From: Scytonematopsis contorta HA4267-MV1
GTDB taxonomy: Bacteria; Cyanobacteriota; Cyanobacteriia; Cyanobacteriales; Nostocaceae
Direction of reading: 5' to 3'
Assembly (NCBI GenBank): GCA_019359035.1
Contig: JAHHIC010000067.1
Location: forward strand, 78,078 to 110,077
Length of the DNA: 32,000 nucleotides
The position numbers and the translations under genes were made by a program. The notes beneath the pieces were generated by a model that saw nothing but the letters and a program-made list of their open reading frames with translations, searched no databases and had not been told where the DNA came from. Below are positions 25,901 to 32,000 of the stretch, piece by piece; the stretch's first letter is position 1; the number at the start of each line of letters is the position of its first letter.

Positions 25901-26979
25901 TCAGCGAATTAACACGTAATTATAAGGATGACCCCGATACCCTCCCCTGGCTAAAACAACTCGCTACGCAGGATGAATATAGCCTTGTCCGAACTGCTGT
26001 AAGGGAATTAGCACGTAATTATAAGGATGACCCCGATACCCTCCCAATGCTAAAACAGCGCGCTACACAGGATGAAGATAGCCTTGTCCGAAGAACTGCT
26101 GTAGAGGAATTAGCATATAATTATAAAGACGACTCCGATACCCTCCCAATGCTAAAACAACGCGCTACACAGGATGAAGATAGCCTTGTCCGAACAATTG
26201 CTGTATGGGGATTAGCACATAATTATAAAGATGACCCCGATACCCTCCCAATCCTAAAAATACGCGCTACACAGGATGAATCTAGTGATGTGCGAAGAAC
26301 TGCTGTCAGCGAATTAGCACGTAATTATAAAGACGACCCCGATACCCTCCACTGGCTAAAACTACGCGCTACACAGGATGAATCTAGCGATGTGCGAAAA
26401 ATTGCTGTCAGCGAATTAGCTCTTAATTATAAAGATGACCCCGATACCCTCCCAATCCTAAAAATACGCGCTACACAGGATGAATCTAGTGATGTGCGAA
26501 ATACTGCTGTCAGGGAATTAGCAGGTAATTATAAAGAAGACCCCGATACCCTCCCAATGCTAAAACGCGCTACACAGGATGAATCTAGCGACGTGCGAAG
26601 TACTGCTGTCAGCGAATTAGCACGTAATTATAAAGACGACCCCGATACCCTCCCAATGCTAAAACGCGCTACACAGGATGAATCTAGCATAGTGCGAAGT
26701 ATTGCTGTCAGCAAATTAGCACGTAATTATAAAGACGACCCACTTCTGTTAGAACTTTTAAGCGAGCGTGCTATCAATGACCCCTGTGTGCGCGAGTATG
26801 ATTTTGAAAGCAACCCCCGCGAAACAGCACTAAAAGCCATCACCCAACTATACCCCAACCACCCCCAAACTTTACCCTTACTACGCGACAGAGCAAAAAA
26901 TGACCCGGACGAGCAAGTACGCGAATTTGCTCGAAAAGCTATCCGCACAATAGAAAATACCAACCAAAACTTAACTTAA
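22924..26979 (+). CDS. NACHT-family STAND NTPase with an unassigned about 290-aa N-terminal region and a C-terminal HEAT-like repeat array
   Basis: 1351 aa. Motifs: Walker A ILGDPGSGKSTLL, Walker B LVMFDGLDEI, VIVTSRV. Fifteen 34-aa units (DDPDTLPxLKQRATQDESSDVRSTAVSELARNYK) resemble PBS-lyase/HEAT repeats. Confidence 0.9.
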   Translation: MVDWLVVWGATKAFGVLVTPFLQDLAKDGAKDLAVGFFKDTLTHQFREKDPRQVATGQAIKILLQRIQQELKIRHKIPDPEIQHCVSDVKKFLAQKQVQEFLGQPFDLSCDSLDSNTLKKYWDDLKLISLPPNFNWSGVTEDYFFQVKTILDDPESKDLRDILQCQKLADIDKATQDIRKNTQEIAGIIPEFDLITYQEAILETYEKLKLDSLDTSGYAYNELKLWRIFTEQDARAVHQYLPRVYELPKEHFQKLKSSDQIEARDFNEEEIANLKRGYLEQPITPVLEIVRQKSTYKYTVILGDPGSGKSTLLQHLAVTWAKLSPQEAAKQDIPLLIELRTYVRKRENQECKNFLDFFHNCSGVIHHLNQHLLHEELKAGRGLVMFDGLDEIFDPAIREDIITDIHRFTNTYPNVQVIVTSRVIGYKADKLKNARFSHFMLQDLSAAQIQYFIQRWHNLTYDNQEERQRKSERLSRGIHNSFAIQELAGNPLLLTMMAILNRNQELPRDRAELYNQASRVLLHQWDVERVLIEDKRIDPKTIDDKDKQSMLREVAYKMQTSAKGLAGNLIEEADLKKILSEYLRNNNIYPAESREVAVLMINQLRARNFMLCFVGAEYYAFVHRTFLEYFCATKFVITFEKEQSLSKEQLKTEIFGQHWQDETWHEVLRLIAGMIDAKFVGEIIDYLMKQKGERENFSNIFLAAKCLQEVRNRTVIAEVSEKLLNELKGLIRYVIIRASSSTINETVNQIRKDAISAIAITFIDDPDTLPWVKQLATKDKDRFVRSTAVWGLAHNYKDDPDTLPILKQRATQDEDMFVRITAVSELAGNYKDDPDTLPILKQRATQDEVSFVRSTAVRELAGNYKDHLDTLPWLKQHATQDESSDVRSTAVRELTRNYKDDPDTLPMLKQRATQDESRDVRRTAVSELARNYKDDPDTLPMLKQRATQDESSSVRSTAVSELADNYKDDPDTLPWLKQLATQDESSSVRSTAVSELTRNYKDDPDTLPWLKQLATQDEYSLVRTAVRELARNYKDDPDTLPMLKQRATQDEDSLVRRTAVEELAYNYKDDSDTLPMLKQRATQDEDSLVRTIAVWGLAHNYKDDPDTLPILKIRATQDESSDVRRTAVSELARNYKDDPDTLHWLKLRATQDESSDVRKIAVSELALNYKDDPDTLPILKIRATQDESSDVRNTAVRELAGNYKEDPDTLPMLKRATQDESSDVRSTAVSELARNYKDDPDTLPMLKRATQDESSIVRSIAVSKLARNYKDDPLLLELLSERAINDPCVREYDFESNPRETALKAITQLYPNHPQTLPLLRDRAKNDPDEQVREFARKAIRTIENTNQNLT
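25213..26733. repeat. 15 tandem 102-bp repeats (three of them 99 bp) encoding the HEAT-like array
   Basis: The span is 1521 bp, which equals 15 x 102 - 9. Units 8, 14 and 15 each lack exactly one codon (SLVRTAV; LKRATQ twice), so the frame is preserved. Confidence 0.9.
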
Positions 26980-27109
26980 ATTCCCTAGCGATAATGTACA
27001 TTATTCTCACTACCAAAATCATAACCATTCTTATCACTTAAAACCCCGAAAATCCCCACACCACAAACCGCACCATCACCTAACCGCAATCCTACCAAAC
27101 CTCACAAAC

Positions 27110-27252
27110 CCAGGTCAGCTTGGGGATATTGACGATTATGAGGAGTTTTTGCAGGAACTGGATAGGGTCTGGGAACAGGTAATTAGGGTGTTGGTTCCTG
27201 GTGGACGGTTAGTGATTGTGGTGGGAGATGTGTGTGTTGCCCGCAGGCAAAT
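27110..27252 (+). pseudogene. Internal fragment of an N4/N6 DNA methyltransferase
   Basis: It translates to PGQLGDIDDYEEFLQELDRVWEQVIRVLVPGGRLVIVVGDVCVARRQ. This resembles the conserved segment that follows the catalytic (D/S)PPY motif in N4/N6 (PF01555-type) methylases. There is no start, no SAM-binding or catalytic motifs, and the similarity is lost after about 27252. Confidence 0.55.
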
Positions 27253-27342
27253 ACCAATCAGAATCAAAAGTAACATCTTTACCTTGCAATTTAAATAAAA
27301 ATAATTTGTCTGATGTACCTCGCTTACTTGCGGAGTGACGTA

Positions 27343-27867
27343 TTATACTTTGCTTGCAGCATTTGCCTTTTCTTTATCCCACTTTTCAATAACTTTCTTA
27401 GCATGTTCTATTTCTTCAAAGTCTACACGTACAGTAGCGTTTTCAAATTCTATACCTAACACAGTAATGACTTCGAGGATTTCGACAAAGCTAGCACATT
27501 GGTAGTCACTATCCTCGTACTCTTTAACCTTTTGTACCTCGATACCTAATAAGTCTGCTAGTTGTTGATGTGAGAGTGAAGCAGCTATCCTAGCTTTTAC
27601 TAATGCATCTGGTAGCTTATGAAATGATTCGACTTTTATTTTAATAGACTTACTTTTATCACAATTAATCAATCTTTCATACTCTGCTATTTCTTGCTTG
27701 AATTCGTCAACTTGGCTTTGGTATGCATCACGATATAACTGCCATTTTACTGGGTCAGCTTTTAAGCTCTCATTATTATCAATTTCGGCTACTGATTGCT
27801 CAAACTTTTGTAACCATTGTTTAGTTGTATTGTATTGCTGCTCGTTTTTTATTATCATGGTGTCCAC
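27343..27867 (-). CDS. XRE-family helix-turn-helix protein (HigA-like antitoxin or transcriptional regulator)
   Basis: 174 aa. The HTH segment is ARIAASLSHQQLADLLGIEVQKVKEYEDSDY, preceded by a coiled N-terminal extension. No adjacent toxin ORF was found. Confidence 0.7.
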   Translation of the reverse strand: MDTMIIKNEQQYNTTKQWLQKFEQSVAEIDNNESLKADPVKWQLYRDAYQSQVDEFKQEIAEYERLINCDKSKSIKIKVESFHKLPDALVKARIAASLSHQQLADLLGIEVQKVKEYEDSDYQCASFVEILEVITVLGIEFENATVRVDFEEIEHAKKVIEKWDKEKANAASKV

Positions 27868-27921
27868 CGAGTTAAATCTATAGCTATAATGCCTTTGCGG
27901 GTATCATTTCTAGTATCTGTT

Positions 27922-28647
27922 TTATTGGGTAATTGGCTCTGAAGCTAAATTCTCTAAGCCTATAGATTGCAACAGGCTAGTCCAATCAGCTTTTAAAGTA
28001 CTCCTTTGTTGAACTAGTTGTTGGGCTAGGATAGTTATTGCTTCGTGCCAAATGCCATTAGAGGCATAAATTGCTACTTTCTGTCGTGCTGTGGCTTTCT
28101 CTAACTGAGTTTTGATAGTGGGGCTGAGTGACTTTCGTTGCACATTACCTTCTACGTAGCCTAAAATTCCATTATTCTCCTTGCAATAAATATTGAAATA
28201 CCAACGATACTGTTTATCAACTACGAGGGGTGTGCTTGTGTCTGGTAATTTAAAATTAACTACTCCTGGGGTGTTTTTGAAAGGAATTTTATACTTAGTT
28301 TGATTCTCGCTTGAATCTTCTAGCACAAACTCTGCATAGGTAGCGGTTGCGGAATAGGGGATATAGAACCAGAAAGTTGGATGCTCGGAGGTAGTTAATC
28401 CCCAGACTACTGGTGGTTTGGTAGAAGTAGAAATTGGGACTATTGCTGTGAGGGGTTTTTGGGCAGTTTTAACCTCTTGGTTGTTATCTCCACAGGGACG
28501 ACGGCTTCCTGCTTCCCCACGTCTACCTGGCTCTCCTATGTCTGGTGGTGGTGGGGGTGCGGCAAATATTATCGGAGATTGCGCTTTTACTGCTGTGCAG
28601 TTAAGAAGTACAGTGCTAATTAGTAAAAAAAGTTTTATTGTTTTCAT
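27922..28647 (-). CDS. Secreted DUF928-like protein
   Basis: Signal peptide MKTIKLFLLISTVLLNCTAVKAQ, followed by PPPPPDIGEPGRRGEAGSRRPCG and LTAIVP...GLTTSEHPTFWFYIPY. As I recall it, this is the DUF928 pattern found next to CHAT/CHASE2 genes in cyanobacteria. Confidence 0.65.
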   Translation of the reverse strand: MKTIKLFLLISTVLLNCTAVKAQSPIIFAAPPPPPDIGEPGRRGEAGSRRPCGDNNQEVKTAQKPLTAIVPISTSTKPPVVWGLTTSEHPTFWFYIPYSATATYAEFVLEDSSENQTKYKIPFKNTPGVVNFKLPDTSTPLVVDKQYRWYFNIYCKENNGILGYVEGNVQRKSLSPTIKTQLEKATARQKVAIYASNGIWHEAITILAQQLVQQRSTLKADWTSLLQSIGLENLASEPITQ

Positions 28648-28670
28648 GGTTATAAACTAAAGGAATATAA

Positions 28671-28760
28671 CGAACCGCCAAGGAGCCAAGGAAGCCAAGT
28701 TTAAGCAGTTTAAAAGAGAGATTTCTCTTCCCTTGGCGCTCTTGGCTTCTTGGCGGTTCG
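28671..28760. repeat. Long imperfect inverted repeat of GCCAAG(G/A)-type heptamers bridging the CHASE2 gene stop codon
   Basis: The arms 28671-28699 and 28732-28760 are reverse complements at 25 of 29 positions, with a 32-nt loop. The right arm encodes the C-terminal tail ...AKKPRAPREE of the upstream ORF. Confidence 0.8.
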
Positions 28761-31094
28761 ATTAATGCTACCTGTAATGACTATTGCTAAAACGGAAGGT
28801 ACAAAGGGTATCCAAATTCCTTGAATTAGTAAGCCTAAGCAAGAAATGTATAAAATTCCTAGTAAACAGGCTCCCTTAAATAGTAAATATAGGGGCTTTT
28901 TACATCGCCAAACCAGTACACCAGACACCGCAGCCCAACCCCACACCCAGAAGACTTCACCCCAAATACCCCAAGCTCTGATTATTGGACGCTCATCTTT
29001 TACTGCACTCAGAATTTGGCTGACCATTTGTGCTTGTAAAATTACTCCTGGCATTTCTTCGTAGAATCCCTGAACGCTACTGTAAGGAGTGGGTATCAGG
29101 TCGTGTGTACTTTGAGCAGTAACACCAATAAGGACAATACGATTTTTGATATCTTCTGCTTTGATTGTTCCTTTAAGAACTTCTGACAAGGTTACACTAG
29201 GCACAATCTCTAGGGGGGAATGATAGGAGCGATAGTTGAGCAAGATTTGATACCCCCAAGTATCTGTTGCTTGATAGCCACCAGTATGAGGTTGCAAGCG
29301 TGGAAAAACTATATTTCCCAGTTGTAAATTTCCTTGTTTGTTGTAAGCAGCTGAAATTCCTTCTGCTTCCAAATAATGAAATGCTAAAGTAGCACTTAAT
29401 GCATAAGGTGTAGTACAAGGTGATGCAGGATTGGGTTTCATTGCTAAAAGATGACGACGCACAACACCATCTGAGTCTTTGACAACATCACTAAAGCCTT
29501 GACGCTCTATGGGTACACCGTCTGGGGGAGATATACCAGGATGATTGCTTTGTGAATCGCGAACTTTACAAATCGCGAAAAAATTCTTTTGCGTTCTCAT
29601 CCTTTTCTCTAAATCCGTTTGTTTTGCATCAGGTGGATAATCTCGGTAAATATCTAAGCCAATAGCTCGTGGTTGATACTGGGAAAGTTTTTCTAAAAGT
29701 TGAGCTAGAGCTAAATCCGAGAGTGAACCTTTCCTCTGCTGTTGAATAGGTAGTTGAAAATCTTCTTCCGTAATCTTTACAATTAATAATCGCTGGTCTT
29801 GCTTTTCGTTGGGACGTAATCGCATTAGTTGGTCATAAACCTTTAACTCCCATCCTTGGAAAATTCCTAAACGACGTACCCCCATAATGCCAAATGTAAT
29901 AGCTAAACTTAAAACTAGTATGGTTGACAAGCAATTTCTGGTTTGTGCTTCAAATTTACCTTGTTTAGCATTAAACCAATCTTGCCAGGTAGTTGGCTCA
30001 ACAGCCGGATTTTGGCAAATAACAGGTAACCAAGTTGCACAGGGAAATTCTTTTTCTAATCCTTGTAACCTTTCCCTTGCTGAGCGTACAGCTATATGTA
30101 AAGAAGCTCCACTATAAAATTCTCTGAGAAAATGTCTTAAAAATTCTTGTGCGACTCGGTTTGCAACGGGTTCACGCATAACAATCACTTGAGAAATCTG
30201 TAAAGAAGCCAGTGACTCCGCTAATCCCAAACCGTCACAAGAATTAAATATTGCTAATTTTAAACCACGTTCGATAGCTTTGTTTAAAGCAAATTTTAAT
30301 TGGTCAAGATTTAAACTATCTGTTTTATTTATTTGCAGTACTCCTTTTTCTTTGCTAGAACTATGACCAGCGAAAAATAAAATATCCCAATCTTGCCATA
30401 ACTGGTCATTTAATTTTTCTAATGATGGCTCAACTAAAAACTCTGTTACTGCTTGTGCTGATAATTGCTCTAAAAAAATCTTATCTAGCTGAATATCAAT
30501 TCCTTGACTATTACCAAAAATGGCTAATATTTTAACTTTATCGCTTGTTTTTTTGGGAATTCTTTGCTTTGGTTTTTGATACTCCAATCCACTTAATGCT
30601 AGTTCTGCGTTGGGATAATCTGTAAAAAATTTCCACAAATGCCAAGGAATCCTTCGCAGTAGGTTATCGTTCGTTTCAATAATAAAACGAATTTCTTGTG
30701 AGTAGTTTAATTGCGTCCTTAGTTGTTGGTCAATGTTGCGAAATCCTGGAGAATTTAACCAAATATTGATGTAAGATGACATTTCTCGACATATTTCGCT
30801 AAACTCTACAGCCGAAACATTAGTCACGTCCGCTGCTTCTATTTCAATACGAGGATGCCAATCTAAACATTGGTATAATGCTGAATACAAAAGTCGCCAA
30901 TGTCTGTATAATTCGGCAATTTCTGGAGAAGCAGGTAAACTACCTGTAAATTTCATTGGCTGAGGGTTATTATATTCCCAAAGCTGTGCGGTGACACAGT
31001 TAAAGCCATTAAGTAAATCACCATGACCTAAGCTTAATACTACTGTGCGAGCTAAGGATTGGGTTCTTAAGAAAAATGATTGTTCCCGAAGCAT
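28710..31094 (-). CDS. CHAT-like (caspase-fold) N-terminal domain + CHASE2 extracytoplasmic sensor domain membrane protein
   Basis: 794 aa. The His/Cys dyad context is LFFAGHSSS and AIFNSCDGLG, followed by a TM segment. CHASE2-type motifs are LLIVKITEEDF...AIGLDIYRD and RIVLIGVTAQSTHDLIPTP. Three C-terminal TM helices follow. Confidence 0.8.
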   Translation of the reverse strand: MLREQSFFLRTQSLARTVVLSLGHGDLLNGFNCVTAQLWEYNNPQPMKFTGSLPASPEIAELYRHWRLLYSALYQCLDWHPRIEIEAADVTNVSAVEFSEICREMSSYINIWLNSPGFRNIDQQLRTQLNYSQEIRFIIETNDNLLRRIPWHLWKFFTDYPNAELALSGLEYQKPKQRIPKKTSDKVKILAIFGNSQGIDIQLDKIFLEQLSAQAVTEFLVEPSLEKLNDQLWQDWDILFFAGHSSSKEKGVLQINKTDSLNLDQLKFALNKAIERGLKLAIFNSCDGLGLAESLASLQISQVIVMREPVANRVAQEFLRHFLREFYSGASLHIAVRSARERLQGLEKEFPCATWLPVICQNPAVEPTTWQDWFNAKQGKFEAQTRNCLSTILVLSLAITFGIMGVRRLGIFQGWELKVYDQLMRLRPNEKQDQRLLIVKITEEDFQLPIQQQRKGSLSDLALAQLLEKLSQYQPRAIGLDIYRDYPPDAKQTDLEKRMRTQKNFFAICKVRDSQSNHPGISPPDGVPIERQGFSDVVKDSDGVVRRHLLAMKPNPASPCTTPYALSATLAFHYLEAEGISAAYNKQGNLQLGNIVFPRLQPHTGGYQATDTWGYQILLNYRSYHSPLEIVPSVTLSEVLKGTIKAEDIKNRIVLIGVTAQSTHDLIPTPYSSVQGFYEEMPGVILQAQMVSQILSAVKDERPIIRAWGIWGEVFWVWGWAAVSGVLVWRCKKPLYLLFKGACLLGILYISCLGLLIQGIWIPFVPSVLAIVITGSINRTAKKPRAPREEKSLF

Positions 31095-31125
31095 CAGTAT
31101 CTAAATTTTAACTTTTAGATGTAAA

Positions 31126-32000
31126 TTAGATGAAAAAATGTTCTTTTATTGTGCTATCCCCATAATTTATTTCTAGTTGAAAATTCTCTCCTTGTTTACC
31201 CCTAAAACGTTTCAATTGAATGTAATTATCTTGACTCCGTGCAAGCACTGTCTGGAGAATTTCTTCTGATTCCGACAGTAAACTTATTTTCAGATTAGCT
31301 GGTAGGCAAGATTCGCTCTTAACTGGATGCACCTGTACCATAATAGTAACAGTTTGTTCATTTTCTGGAGCAATCGCAACAAGCAATACTACAGATTTAG
31401 TATCCAGTTGCAACCCTAAATTAATCAGTTTTGCTCGTTTAACTTGTGATTCATCTATATACGAAGAATTTCTGAAACTAAAGGCTAAATTCTGTTGCTC
31501 AAAACCTAGAACATCTGACAATGATAACCAATCAGTTTCAAATATATTCTTTAACCATTGGCTTAAGTTGACTGCTTGAGGTTGAGAAGAAACATTTCTA
31601 ATATGATTGAGGTGTAGGAGCAAATCTGGAAGAGAACGTAACTCATTTAAAGCTACCTCACCATTAAGGGGAACAGTTTCTGTAAATCCCAGTATTATTG
31701 CTGTTAAAAGTGATTCATCAAGCTGTACGGCTACATAACCAATTCGTTCTGTTGCAACTTCTAAGGGGATTTGCATTACAGATGCTTTAGGTAGCACTGG
31801 ACGACACTCTAGGGAACCAAGATGAGGAATTTTTAATTCTGCAACATTCATAAGAGCTTGCATTGCTGGGTTACAAATTTGACTGTTTTCCCAGTCAGTT
31901 TCTATACCCATACAACGTAAATAAAAATCGACTGTAGATGCTGCTAATGTGTTGAGATATATTTGTTTTAACTTTTGATGGCTTCTGTGCTTTTGGCAAA
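31126..32000 (-). CDS. DUF1822-like protein, 5'-partial (the frame stays open to the window edge)
   Basis: The ORF track starts at the Met at 31911, but the frame reads on upstream as ...QKLKQIYLNTLAASTVDFYLRCMGIETDW.... It lies 31 nt upstream of and co-directional with the CHASE2 gene. The family assignment is from memory of the typical DUF1822 size and context. Confidence 0.55.
   Translation of the reverse strand, partial: CQKHRSHQKLKQIYLNTLAASTVDFYLRCMGIETDWENSQICNPAMQALMNVAELKIPHLGSLECRPVLPKASVMQIPLEVATERIGYVAVQLDESLLTAIILGFTETVPLNGEVALNELRSLPDLLLHLNHIRNVSSQPQAVNLSQWLKNIFETDWLSLSDVLGFEQQNLAFSFRNSSYIDESQVKRAKLINLGLQLDTKSVVLLVAIAPENEQTVTIMVQVHPVKSESCLPANLKISLLSESEEILQTVLARSQDNYIQLKRFRGKQGENFQLEINYGDSTIKEHFFI

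Noticed and set aside
26980-27109. Extending the methyltransferase relic upstream to a possible degenerate SPPY motif (SPHH at about 27053)
   Set aside because: The upstream translation is a His/Asn-rich string with no convincing similarity. Only 27110-27252 is supportable.

Overview
AT-rich window that looks like a heterocystous (Nostocales-type) cyanobacterial chromosome, based on CAACAGT-type STRR heptamers, small hairpin repeats, Uma2 and many TPR/CHAT/STAND genes. I see four modules. (1) 309-4269, minus strand: a compact five-gene operon encoding a MauE-like membrane protein, a MauD/TlpA-like thioredoxin, a 63-aa precursor peptide with 8 Cys and a strongly cationic core, a dedicated S26 signal-peptidase-like protease and an ABC exporter. 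I consider this the best candidate for an undescribed system, namely an oxidatively folded, disulfide-rich secreted peptide. (2) 4491-10635: a TpsA-type filamentous-haemagglutinin-like exoprotein, divergent from a secreted TPR-CHAT protease. (3) about 10.8-27.9 kb: an accessory, conflict-system-like island. It holds a Uma2 nuclease, a P-loop ATPase/TPR gene split by a frameshift, a small RHH-like ORF, two GNATs plus an unknown partner, and a lipase-like alpha/beta-hydrolase-NB-ARC-TPR gene broken by one frameshift and one in-frame TGA. It also holds an AAA + PD-(D/E)xK protein, an intact NACHT-HEAT giant, a DNA methyltransferase relic and an XRE regulator. (4) 27922-32000, minus strand: DUF928, CHAT-like/CHASE2 and DUF1822. 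The junction between the CHAT and DUF928 3' ends is present at both edges of module 3, so the island may have split one ancestral envelope-signalling locus. Intergenic regions carry a family of GTAGTG-hairpin repeats with covarying stems and MITE-like elements with internal tandem amplification. No rRNA, tRNA or CRISPR array was recognised. All domain calls come from motifs read by eye, with no database search.
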